A stretch of DNA of 64,000 bases, taken from contig NC_058368.1 in assembly GCF_018350175.1 (NCBI RefSeq), positions 150,786,001 to 150,850,000 on the forward strand. The letters are read 5' to 3'. Below, one piece after another: positions 12,338-24,145 of the stretch. The translations under genes and the position numbers were made by a program. This DNA comes from Felis catus (taxonomy: Eukaryota). Numbering within the stretch: the first letter of the stretch is position 1; every line of letters starts with the position of its first letter. A model generated the notes under the pieces. It was not told the origin of the DNA. It searched no databases and saw only the letters and a list, made by a program, of their open reading frames with translations.

Positions 12338-15284
12338 TGTCCTTTCCCCTATCGCTTTGTGAATACTACACATTAACTTTGAGCTTGAAAAACAATGAAT
12401 GACAGGAGTGACTTGATAAGATTATTTCAGAGGAACTGTAAATATTAGGAAAATTAAACTATATTTGTGAGACATGGGCTAGCTGAGAACCAAAGTGGAG
12501 AAAAAAAATTCCCCAGTATAAAACTTTTTAAGATTAAATTAAAAGCTAAACTTGTGTTTTTTCTCTTTTGAGGCTAGCGTCTGAGTAAATCAAAATATGT
12601 TTTGTTTTAAATTTACAAGTCGTAAATACTTGTAAACCTAATGACTAATTTCCTAAGCAATATATATCTTTTCACATGAATAGGGTCTCATTGAAATACA
12701 AACCTAAATGCTACTAGAAAGAGGTTTGAATTCAGGGAAATTATGGGTCTTAAAGATCTTAAAAATATTATAGTGAAACTTGCAGTTTGAGATAAGAAAT
12801 CTACATGTCTTTGTGAAATCCAGAGATTCTTGACAAAGTATTTCTGTGAGGTCTGAGGGGGATAGAGGAGCAAGCTCCTTCTACTGACCAAGACTCACGG
12901 CCTCTTAAGGTACTGGCCCCTCCAGCTGACTAGACATTCTGGAGCACAAGGAACAGAACTTCAGAATGACAGAGTGGTCACCGAACTACTGACTTATAAA
13001 AAAAATAAATAAATAAAAGCTTTCCTCTTGTCCTCTTGTCCATGTATTATCTATGAACTGAAGCCAGTCTCCCAGTGGGAAAGCGGGGGAAGAGAGGAGG
13101 TGGGTAGCAGAGTCAAGCTGGTGAATTAATCATTTAGGTGTTAAAATCTATGCTGTATATGGAAAGAGGTGAAACAGAGTAAGGCATTTAATATCTTTAA
13201 GAATTCCAGTCAGATGAGAACGAATTCCTTAACTTTGCTCTGCCTCAGTTTCCTTTATTCAGATGTTGGGGCTAATAGGCATCTGTGTTATATACTGGGT
13301 GTCTAAAGAAGTAACTAACATCTATTAATGAAAGAGAAAAGTCCAAGGGCTGAAATGGGAAACAATTACACTGATTCTCTCTCTTAATGTCTAAATAACA
13401 TTCAGGTTGTTTAATGAGGTAAAAATAAATTCACCACCTTTTCTAAGTTACTAATACTCTCCCAAATTGAGGATTCCCATTTTCAGACCCACTTCTGACT
13501 CTAACGTGTTCATTCTTGATTCTGAGAGCCCAGCCAAATAGCCTTTAGAGAGGCTTCAGTCTCTGAAGAATTCCAAGGGACCTCCCCCCCCCGCCATTCC
13601 ACGCACAGCACAATATATGTGGAAGGGAGGCTGCTCAGCATAACTCCCCAGAGAAGGAAGAAGCTGCTGCACCCTCTTTGATTGTCTTCTAAGAATTCCT
13701 GAGCAGATTCGTTTCTGATGCAGAGTACCTGAGCAGAGCGAAAATGATCGCCATTTGAAATTGGGGATCACTTGCAAACCATTCTCACGAAGGCCTGGAA
13801 CCCATCTCTACAACCCCTTGGCTCACTCATGAGACTGCTGTGCATGACATGGTCTCAGGAGCATTCTGTCCTGACGCCAGGAGCATCCTGTCATGCACCC
13901 TGCGCCATTCAGGATTCATCTCAGGTACCCAGTCGTTATAACTTCTCTCTCACAATCCTCCCTGAAACAGGGGTAGGAGAGTAGACTAGAAGCCACACTA
14001 CATGTGAAGATTCCACAATGCCTCTTTAGCAATTCATGTCAGAGGGAGTCCGTTTAGTTTATGCGACTGCAGATGGTTTTTATGACTTTGCTCTTACTTA
14101 TAGGTTTCAATTGTTTTATACTTCCTGAAAAACCTCCCCATTCCATCAGTGAGGAATCAGACAGAAAGAGCTATTTACTTACCAAAACCAAGTCATCCCA
14201 TAGCTGTGTGGAATCTACTCCAACATTCAGCTTCCCGTTTGAAATATAATTCCCAGTAGGGTTCTCTCTCTTAGCTTTCCCCTTTCTAGGTGAGTTCAGA
14301 AAGGGTTGTTATCTCAGGTCTGCCTGTCCTCATCATTTATCAAGGATGTTACAGTGGTCCCACTTACAAATGAGGGCACTGAGTCTCAAGAAGACTAAAA
14401 GACATACTCTAGCTGATGGAGAAGACAGCTTAGTTAGATGTATAAGGTATTGATCCTTTTCAGTAAAAAAAAAAAAAATCACTTATCTTTGTTTGCAGGG
14501 TTTCTGACCCAGGGGTCTCCAATCTTTGTCAAGCCTCTTTAACTGGCCTACTTCTTGATTCCTCTACTCAACAAATATGGGTCACATGATTCAGCTGAAT
14601 TGAAGTCACCTGGCAGACTGTTTCCTGCCGTCATCAATAGCACACATACCTTTGCCCTTTAACCAATCACAGAATTTTCTTATTCTTTATTATCTTTTAA
14701 GTACTTAAAGAGAGCTTTAAATAATTCTTCAAAGGAAGCCACTATCATTTGCAGCTTTAATAATTCATTTATAAAAAATTAAAAATTTGTAGTGAGACAT
14801 TATAAATTGAAAACGTTATTTGATCCTTTGGTTTCATCATATTTGCTTGAGGAAATGACCAGGAGCTTAAAGTCTATTCTAACATTGACAAGCTCAGATA
14901 TATAACCACCATGGAAAGAGTGAAGAACTTGGAATTGTTGGCATTTGGTTTTGTGAAGACAGATGCTTTCACCTTGTATATGTTTTTCTCTTCCTTATTA
15001 GTAGTAAAAGAAGCTAATTATAATAAAATAGCCCAGTACCATGAAAATTAAATTAGCCTGAATAATAACTGTTTGATGTTTGCCGACTTTGAAAGAACAA
15101 AGATGTGACCTCTCCGAGTAAGACCCAAGGAGAAATTTTTCTTTCTTCCATCCCTCCTTAAAGAGTAGTTTCTTTAATAATAATAAAAAAAAATAACAAA
15201 TTTTAATATCACTTCCTTTTTCATGGCTTAATTCTACATTCCATTCCAGGAAGAAGGAATTGAAATCTCTGAGAGGTGGTTGCA

Positions 15285-15600
15285 GTCATTAATTATTTAC
15301 ACTTAACATAATGTTTGCTGAGTATCTACTAAGCACTAATCAGACACTCTCTTCAATATTATATAGACATGAACATGAATTAGACACAGGCCTTAGAGTT
15401 TGCCCAAGAAAATATGTAAGAAAAATCAATCACAAGCACATGTTGACAAAACTGGGAAACATTTCCCAGAGGAGATCACATTGGATATAGTCCCAGAAGA
15501 TTTGAGTTGCTATCCCAGAGGAGCCAGGAAGAACATTCCAGAAAGAGGGAACAATTATTCAGAAGTGTAGAAATAGGAAAGTTGGAGATTGTAAGTTCGG
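15285..15600 (-). mobile_element. L2 3' fragment
   Basis: cattaattatttacacttaacataatgtttgctgagtatctactaagcac resembles the antisense L2 tail. Confidence 0.55.
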
Positions 15601-17420
15601 GAGGTAAATAACTCGGACTTAAAATTTGAAGTCAAAGTACATCAGAAAGGTTTTCTCTCCTCCAGTCCATTCAGGAGCCTAACTGGCTAAGATAGTGATA
15701 ACACTTTAATCCAATACATCACTTAAGTTGCTTTGATGAGTGGACTTAAATAGTCTTTTCACAGTATCCCTCTTCCACAATCTCTGGTGGGCCAGAAAGG
15801 TGCCAAAAGAGAAGTGAGCTGACATTAGGGGGCCTGCATGGTGACAGACTGGTCACTTTCTCCAAAACACAGGTGCTCAGGAAAAGCATGTTGTAAGATG
15901 TTGAGCACTGTAGAATAGATGCTATTATAAAACCACATGGAATTGGTTAGCGAAACCTAAGGTTAGTGGGTCTAAATCTTGGGACGAAGAGGTTTTTAAA
16001 CTCATAGAATTGCATACGTAAGGTGGGGAGGCGATATGAAAGTGGGGGCCAGTGTTTCTGCAAATGATTATGTGGGGTAGTGAGCTTGTCACAGAAGGAC
16101 TCTATATCAGGAGCCATCTTGGCATGTCATGAAGTGGTTGTACATTTTTGAAAAGCATTAGGATTATGTTTTTTACTTTCTATACGATAGTAATTTTACA
16201 TTTAGGTAATCGAGTATAACTATACACCAAATCATCTACTTTAGGTGTCTCCAGGCATTGATTCAAATTGATTCTATGGAGCACACTCTTAGGTGCTAGG
16301 GATACAAAGAAGGAAGAAAAGAGGCCACAATTCCTGCCCTTCAGGCTACTACTGTGAGATTGAGAATACATTACTGTGCCAAAAGGCAGTCTGAAGACTA
16401 TGAACCATGCTTCCTTTGGGGAGGTACTACAGCAATGGGAATGGTTAATGCTCAAAATTAAGAGAAATCATTCCAATGTAAATTGCACCCCATATAGTCA
16501 TTTGAAACCTATCTCTTTTAGAAGGTGTCAACTTTTTTCTCTTTGGATTCAGGATCAGTAAAACAACAATTTAGGAAATCTCAGGCGGCTACAAAAATGG
16601 GTGTCCCAAGAACATGAGTCGAAAAATACTTGAATCCTTACACTACTCGGATAAAACTAAAGAATCCACACCCTACTGCTCCTACCCCAGCCGTACCCAT
16701 CAAAGTAATTCATCAGAATTAGTGCTCTTTTTGATGAGGCAATAATGAACTGACATCTAATTTTAGTATATATCATAAGTAGATTATTAGCTCATGCCAG
16801 CACAAAGAGTGTTGCCATTGCCACTGATATTTGATTAACCTTACAAAGACCATCCACAGGCTATGTGCAGGATTTTCATGGAACTCGAGGAGTTCTTGCA
16901 TCACATTTTGAGAAACACTACTTCATTATACTTTATGCTGGTGTCGTCTTGGATACTGTTGTGTCTAGGATACACAGATGGACAGTTCATGCTTCTAGAA
17001 AGGTAAGAGATGAAAACTTTACACGTGCAACTTTCAGGAAAACTTCAGAAAACCATCAGGTTAATACATTCACACTTTACTTACTAGATTGCTTGGAAAT
17101 GATTTTTGGTCAGAATAGGTTTTGGGGGGGATTTTTTTGAAAGTATAGGAAGTTGCTTTTTTTTTTCATCTGTGATATTTAGCATTCTAGCCATATATGC
17201 ACACTTTTATCAGAGATGCTTAATCATTTTTTGGTTTACTTTTCAAGAAGCCTGAAATGAGTTCGGGTTTTCTATGACTTTGGTAAATAAATATGTAGTA
17301 GAGGGAAAGTCCAACTCATTTTAAATTTGCATTTTTTCTCCACAGAGAGCATATTTACCAGTCTCTATTCTCCAATTTTTGTCATCACTGCAATAGTCTC
17401 TGGCTGGGCACATAAATAAA

Positions 17421-17422
<2 letters not shown>

Positions 17423-17464
<42 letters not shown>
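17423..17464. repeat. (CA)n microsatellite
   Basis: Perfect CA run of about 21 units. Confidence 0.98.
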
Positions 17465-17466
<2 letters not shown>

Positions 17467-18043
17467 CCCTATGCACATCCTTTGTTACTGTGACATAAAG
17501 TTTTGGAGTTTGTCGTTCTAATGGCCACTGGTTGAAATTCCCATTTCAAAAAATTATGAAACAAATTGAAAAATCCTTAGATTTTACTTCATTCATGAAC
17601 CCAGCAAGAGAGAGAAACTTAATTTGAAAAAAAGGTGGTGATGGAGACTAGATTTCCTATCCAGCAGGGAGCTTTACAGCATGAATAAGATGCCAAGAAA
17701 TGAACCAATAGGGTACTGTGTGTGATCATTTTAAAAGGGGAAAACTATTCTACAGGACTCATGAGCGATTACTTCAAATGTTTGTGTAAATATGGTTTAG
17801 TTCATCATCACCTTTTCCAATTATGTGTATGTTCAGCTCTAAAGTACAGCCGCCTCTTCCTTGTTTAAAATGCCACCAACAGAACTAGCATTTTCATTAA
17901 TACAATGTTTATAATGCCCACAAATGATGGTAGGAATATAGGAGTCTTTTGTTATTTGTAAACTAAACACATCTCAAAGAGGTGCCCCATTAGCTTTAGC
18001 TTGGCTTTTTGAACTCAGCCTTTTAAAAAATTATAGTTTTTAG

Positions 18044-18089
18044 GTTCTTCCTGAAATTTTCAGATTTCTCTAATGATTATTATCATCAC
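18044..18089 (+). other. Candidate small internal/penultimate exon (alternative acceptors at 18044 and 18064)
   Basis: tttttag|gttcttcc...ttttcag|atttctctaatgattattatcatcac|gtaagt; consensus donor in non-repeat sequence. Confidence 0.4.
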
Positions 18090-18309
18090 GTAAGTAAAAC
18101 AATATATTTTATTCCTATATTTTATGCAATATAATTGCATACCAAAAGAGACTAGAAATTAAATCATAGTTTAATAAAAACAATTTGATTTTTCAGGTCA
18201 ATTATGGACCCACTAATACCTGAAAGTTACCTATAAGTTTGTTTGTAGTGAAATTTTATTCTTAGAGGACTGTCAAATATTTTAACTGCATTAAAGAGTT
18301 AAGCAAGGC

Positions 18310-18530
18310 ATCTTTGTGTAGTGGTTAAGAGCAAGGACTTGGAGAAGATGGCCTGGTTTCACTAACTACCTGCATGACTTTGGGAGCCTGCCAGACCTCT
18401 CTGTGCTGTTTCTTCATCTGTAAAATGGGGATAATAATAGATCCTATCTCAGAGGTTTGTTGTGGAGGCTAAATTAATAGATATATGTTAGAAGAGTGAA
18501 ACAGAAGTGTTTGCTTTTGCTAATATGCTA
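18310..18530 (+). mobile_element. MIR
   Basis: gtgtagtggttaagagc...ctctctgtgctgtttcttcatctgtaaaatggggataataatag. Confidence 0.85.
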
Positions 18531-18741
18531 TATCACAATAGTAAATAGGGGTTCAAGAAGGAATAAAAGGAGAACTATGTAATGTAGAGCACAAACAGAA
18601 AGAAGCCTTTGCAAACACTAGGTTTTGAAGGATGCCTTTACATCGTTGGCCCACTCCAGGAGTCAGAATGTTATCTATAAATATAATTGAGTCTTTCTGA
18701 TTCAGGTATCTTTCCTTAATAATATCTGAAGACAATGTTTT

Positions 18742-18808
18742 TATTTATTTTTTATTTTTTTTATTTAATTTTAATTTTTTTTTAAATATGAAATTTATTG
18801 TCAAATTG
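18742..18808 (-). mobile_element. Extremely 5'-truncated carnivore L1 (about 25 bp body plus poly-A)
   Basis: atatgaaatttattgtcaaattgg matches the L1 3' terminus also seen at 20260-20283; TSD gaagacaatgtttt/gaagacagtgtttt. Confidence 0.8.
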
Positions 18809-18848
18809 GAAGACAGTGTTTTTAACACTTAAGGGGCATCAAAAACTT

Positions 18849-19075
18849 GGGGCACCTCAGTGGCTCAGTGGTTGAGCGTCTGACTCTAGATTTCCGTTCA
18901 GGTCATGATCTCACAGCTCATGGGTTCCAGACCCACACTGAGCCCTACGTCAGGCTCTGCAGAAACAGTATGGGGCCTGCTTGGAATTCTCTCACTCTTC
19001 CTCCCTCTCTGCCCCTCCCCGGCTAGCATGCACACTCTCTCTCCTTCTTAAAATAAATACATAACCTTAAAAAGA
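18849..19075 (+). mobile_element. Can-SINE (SINEC_Fc3-like)
   Basis: ggggcacctcagtggctcagtggttgagcgtctgactct head; CT tract; A tail. Confidence 0.92.
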
Positions 19076-19979
19076 AAGAATAACTGAGTGCTGAGTGCCT
19101 TTGGCTTTTATTGTCACCTGTATTGTCCAGGGTCCTTTAGTCTTCAAGGTTGATATGTTTGGCATTTAAGTCTTTTTCATTCCCATGTTTAGCTATTGGC
19201 TCATTTGGGCTTTCTTTCTGTTCATTTTAATTTAGTCCCAGCTTGAATTATCATCTTTCTTCTTGGTTAGCTACTGCTTGCTGCTCTATCTGCTGCTCAC
19301 CCTAGTTCCACTTTTTCCAAACTCAGAAAGATTTTTCAAAGGAATGTATGCTATCCCACCTCACCTGATTGCTTATATCCAGCTGTCCTGCTTCAAAAAG
19401 CACAAGAGACACACCATGTGTCACTGGAGTGAATGATGGTTACTGCCGTGCAAGTTCTCAGTGGTAACAATCCTAGTTGATTCCTCACCAGCATCTCTAA
19501 ATCAAAATAGGAAACAATGGTTTTATGGTACAATATACTAGTTTAAACACATTGGTCTGCTCTTACTGCTTAAAGTCATAGGTTAGAAGAGGAGAGAACC
19601 ATATATCTTTGGATCTGAACTGGCGCCCAAGACATGAGTTCCAGCATCTGTTAAATATCCCAGAGCTATTCTAGTCCTTAAAGTGATTCCTCACTGCTCA
19701 TTTGAAAACAGATGTTAAGAAGGAAAAGGACATACTGAAAACCAAGCATGAACTAAAGACCTTCAGAAAATTGCTTTAATACTTGCTCAGTGGGAAGACT
19801 TGTTCTGTTGAATCCATACTTTATCAGAATGCCTTCTCAGAAGACATTTAAAAAAAAAAAAAAGCCTTGTCAGCAGAAAGCATTTAGATCTAGTAAAGGC
19901 CCTTTGGAAGAGCCAAAGATGGTGTTTACTCCATGTCACCATATCTTTTGTCCTTTTTTCACTGAAATTCAGGCAAAGT

Positions 19980-20200
19980 AGCATGGCAGGCAGAATGTGG
20001 TGGTATACTGAAAGGTGATGGTGATGGACTGGACTAGACTAGGTGATGAAGTCAGAATTTAAGTCCAAGATCTGTTATTTGGAAAAGCCATTGCTCTCTC
20101 TAAATGTCAACATCTATTCAGGTAAGGAGGCAATAACATCTGTCTCACAGAATGTTGTGAAGATTAAATGAGACTTTTTTATACTATTAATAGTATTATT
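19980..20200 (+). mobile_element. MIR (L1 inserted at its 3' end)
   Basis: aataacatctgtctcacagaatgttgtgaagattaaatgaga core. Confidence 0.65.
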
Positions 20201-20217
20201 GGGCATTATTGATTTTT

Positions 20218-20764
20218 TCTTTTTTATTATTTTTATTATTTTTTAATTTTTTTTTCAATATATGAAGTTTATTGTCAAATTGGTTTCCATACAACACCCA
20301 GTGCTCATCCCAAAAGGTGCCCTCCTCAATACCCATCACCCACCTTCCCCTCCCTCCCACCCCCCATCAACACTCAGTTTGTTCTCAGTTTTTAAGAGTC
20401 TCTTATGCTTTGGCTCTCTTCCACTCTAACCTCTTTTTTTTTCCTTCCCCTCCCCCATGGGTTTCTGTTAAGTTTCTCAGGATCCACATAAGAGTGAAAC
20501 CATATGGTATCTGTCTTTCTCTGTATGGCTTATTTCACTTAGCATCACACTCTCCAGTTCCATCCATGTTGCTACAAAGGGCCATATTTCATTCTTTCTC
20601 GTTGCCACGTAGTATTCCATTGTGTATATAAACCACAATTTCTTTATCCATTCATCAGTTGATGGACATTTAGGCTCTTTCCATAATTTGGCTATTGTTG
20701 AGAGTGCTGCTATAAACATTGGGGTTGTGGAGGTTCCTCAAAAAATTAAAAATAGACCTACCCT
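20218..20764 (-). mobile_element. Young felid L1 3' end with inverted 5' segment
   Basis: Minus ORF 20477-20719 is the L1 ORF2p C-terminus (MFIAALSTIAKLWKEPKCPSTDEWIKKLW...); T-rich tail at left; 20726-20764 is L1 in opposite orientation; TSD attattgattttt. Confidence 0.95.
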
Positions 20765-20909
20765 ATTATTGATTTTTATTAGCAATTAATAATTTTGACA
20801 TTATAGATCTGAATAATTAAGGTCTCCAAACCTTGTTTTCCACCAAACTGGATGTCTGATTTCCTTTACTTTTTTCTTTTTTCTAGAAATTCATAGTCTG
20901 CATGTCTTC

Positions 20910-21140
20910 TGGGATGCAGTAGGTAGAGTGTGAAGAGCTCCAACATTGGAATATGAGAGATCTGAAGTCAAACTGTGATGAAGGCACTCTGCATTCATTT
21001 ATTAGTGCCAATCAAGTCTTTGATGGCTGGCTTTCCTTTCATAATATGGGGCTAATGACACCTATTTTGCATAGTTGTGAAGATGATTAGTGATGATGTA
21101 TAAAGGAGCCTAGCATAGGGAATAGTTCACAGTAAACAAC
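20910..21140 (+). mobile_element. MIR
   Basis: ataatatggggctaatgacacctattttgcatagttgtgaagatgattagtgatgatgtataaagg. Confidence 0.65.
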
Positions 21141-21629
21141 CATTATACTATATTTTTTGCTTTTTCATGACTTCCTATTATTATGGACGATATGGGTTTA
21201 CCTTTGTTCAGAATTACTTTACAAGTCTTCAAGTATTGTGTTCAATGGGTAGTAAATGCTGACAAGATTACACCTTGAAAAAGAGGAGGCTTTAGACTTG
21301 ATAAATCATTAAACGGTCATATGGGGGCCTCAAAAGTTATTTTCTCTTTAAATACCTTAACTGGACATTTTTTAGAAACTCAAGTTCTTGAAGAATTAAA
21401 CATTAATAAGACATGGTTACTGCCTTCAGGAAGCTTATATCCCTCTTGGAGGCATTTTTTTCACTAATATCTATGTCCAACCAAATGTTATCTTTGTATA
21501 GGGACTAGACTGTGAAGAAAAAGAATGCTTTCAGAGATTAGACAGAAGTCTTTGAAGTCATCTTTCTGTCAAAGGGGATGGGTAATGGGGAGCTGGGTGG
21601 GGGTCAGAATTAAAATCTGTTAACTGTAT

Positions 21630-21810
21630 TCTATGAGTCAGGCACAGCACCAGACAAGTTATATTCATTGTTTTAGTTAATCCCAAAACAATCCTATGAG
21701 AAGGGCTGCAAAATGTTGACTTTATATATGAAAACAACTGGTAATCTCACAGAGGTGAAACAACCTTATCTCTGGTCATACACCCAATGAGTGTTGGAAA
21801 TGGGATTCCA
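21630..21810 (-). mobile_element. MIR
   Basis: ttagttaatcccaaaacaatcctatgag...cacagaggtgaaacaaccttatctctggtcatacacc. Confidence 0.65.
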
Positions 21811-22209
21811 ATCATTAACAGGGGGAGGGGGTGCGAAAGTGGGTTTTGTTCAATTTCACAGAATTTTTTTTTTTAATCTGAGTGTCTCACTTTTTCCAAA
21901 AATGTCTTCTTTTCTCCCCTTGATTTTCTCCTTTCCTTTTCTGTTGGGCCCAACAATGAATTCAATTCTAGACTTTGGCACCCTCTGATCAGGGCTATAG
22001 CTATTCTTTCTGTGCACATAGCCCAGAGGGCTTGTCTTATTTTTTAACCTACACACTTAGAGCAAAAAGAACTGATAGCTATTTCAGATGTGCTTGTGTT
22101 TAGTATTTAAATAAAAGGAAATTCACCCAGCATTAATTTAATTGTAGAAATACAGAACAGAATATACCTCAATTAAAATATACAGCTCAATCATTTATAC
22201 TTTTATTTA

Positions 22210-22625
22210 ACAAATATTAGTGACTATTTCCCCCAGTAAGTCACAAAACTTTATAAAGCAGTTTTAGGTGATCAGTATAGTCAGCCACAAGGACCAAATT
22301 AACATGGCTTACCAGAAGGATTGTTTTTTCTTTTATGTATCAACCAATCTGAAGATGGATAATCCAGGATAGGTAAAGAAGAAGTGTGGAGGGGTGAAAG
22401 GACCAGGAGTCTGTTTTTCTTGCTCTGTGTGTGTGCATGCGTGTGTGTGGTGTATATATGTTGTATAGAATACTTAACATGGGGTTTACCCTCTTAGCTA
22501 GAGACCTACCATACCACTGAGTTTGTCTCTTTAAAAAAAAAACATTCTGCAAAACCTAGCTAGCAACTTCACCATACATCTTAGCCAGAATCTATCACAT
22601 GGTCACTCCTAGGAGCAGGAAGACC
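22210..22625. mobile_element. Old MaLR LTR (MLT1-like) fragment
   Basis: tacatcttagccagaatctatcacatggtcactcctag motif of MLT1 3' part. Confidence 0.45.
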
Positions 22626-23249
22626 TGTGTTGTGGTTCAGAATGTAAAAATTAGAAGAAAAAGTATTATCAGAAAGACATAAAAAGGTCTTTGTAGAATG
22701 TGAGGAATTCTAGCCTCCATAATAGAGAAAGCAAGGTGGAAAAGGGCTACAAATAGCTTGGAAGAAGCTATCAGCTCATCTACAATGTCAGACACAGGAA
22801 GCTACTGGTCTTCCCTGAGCCATGTTTGATGCCACAAAGGACATTCTGGTTCTACTATTTACTGTGAAACTGCGTTCGAGTTTCTTGACTTCTGTCGAGC
22901 TTAGCTTCCCTGTTTATAAAACACAAATAACTGAAGTGTTTACTTTAAAGTATTCTTGTGACTATTTTATGCAACAGTGAATTTTTTTAAATTTCATTTC
23001 AGAATTTAACTGCACAGATATATAGGATTTTTTTAACCAAATATCACATTATATAGTCTGTGAACTTTTGTGTTCTTTTTATTTAACATGACAATTACAG
23101 ACATTACCTCATATCATGATTTTAATGGCTACATAGTGTTCTGATTATGAATTTGACATATTTCTAATTCCCAAACTATTGCCCCTGTGGAATGTTTCCA
23201 TTTGTTTACTATTGTAAATAATGCTATAGTGAATATTTCTTAGATATAA

Positions 23250-23526
23250 ATCTTTTTTTATTTGTCTTATTTTTTTGACATAATATTTTTTATTTTTTTA
23301 TTGAAAAAAATTTTTTTTAATTTACATTCTTGTTAGCATATAGTGCAACAATGATTTCAGGGGTAGATTCCTTAATGCCCTTTATCCATTTAGCCCATCC
23401 CCCCCTTCCACAATCCCTACTGTAACCCTCTGTTTGTTCTCCATATTTAAGAGTCTCTTATGTTTTGTCCCCCTCCATGTTTTTATGTTATTTTTGCTTC
23501 CCTTCCTTTATGTTCATCTGTTTTAT
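23250..23526 (-). mobile_element. Carnivore L1 3' end
   Basis: T-rich tail then ttagcatatagtgcaacaatgatttcagg...aaccctctgtttgttctccatatttaagagtctcttatg, similar to the L1 at 20380-20410. Confidence 0.85.
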
Positions 23527-23721
23527 ATAACAGTGAATGTTAAGGGCTTAGTATTGTACCTGGCACACAGTAAACTTCAATAAATACGTGCAACTATAAA
23601 GATAATCATTGATATTATTGAGTATACTTCTACTTCTCCTTCACTAGAGAAGTGCATTATCTGCATATTGCCATTGGTTTTCTGCTTTTTTTTTTTTTTT
23701 TTTTTTTTTTTTTTGTATTAG

Positions 23722-24115
23722 GAATACCCAGCCTGAGCTTTGGATGTGTCCTCTGAGGAAGTACCCATGACACAGACCACACTGGACACCAACTCTGATA
23801 TCAGGGAAAGGTTCCACAACAGTTGAGTGTGAACATGGGATCACTGAGCTCCTTGGCGCAGAGCTGCTAATGTCCCCTCTTGAGCTGACGGAGGCTGGTG
23901 CTGCCTTGAAGCATGCCATGCCAATTCACAGCAAGGTCTTTATTGTTGAAACTCTTGCATAATGACATCTTTATTCATGTGAAAATACAGGATGAATTTC
24001 AACTATATGATATTGTTTATGTTCATCAGAAATGTTATTTGTCTTTACAAAGTCTGGTTTCAATGAACCGGCTATGTAATGGATATTAAATAAACATGGA
24101 ATTTTACACATTCAT
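23722..24115 (+). other. Probable terminal exon (3' end/3' UTR) of an unidentified gene
   Basis: T29-gtattag acceptor at 23686-23721; repeat-free balanced-composition sequence; all three frames stop within 16 codons (EYPA*, IPSLSFGCVL*, NTQPELWMCPLRKYP*); followed by a complete poly(A) signal. Confidence 0.6.
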
Positions 24116-24145
24116 AATATTTGGTTTCTTGTTGTGATTTTGATG
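24075..24145 (+). terminator. Cleavage/polyadenylation signal
   Basis: TGTA at 24075, overlapping ATTAAA/AATAAA at 24085-24094, CA dinucleotides about 15-20 nt later, GT/T-rich element ttggtttcttgttgtgattttg at 24121-24142; a second AATAAA at 24430. Confidence 0.6.

Noticed and set aside
15940..16925. Possible hAT (MER5/Charlie-like) termini such as ttttgagaaacact
   Set aside because: Too degenerate to delimit or assign without a profile search.
20477..20719. 80-aa ORF with real protein character
   Set aside because: C-terminal fragment of L1 ORF2p in a truncated element; no promoter or full ORF.
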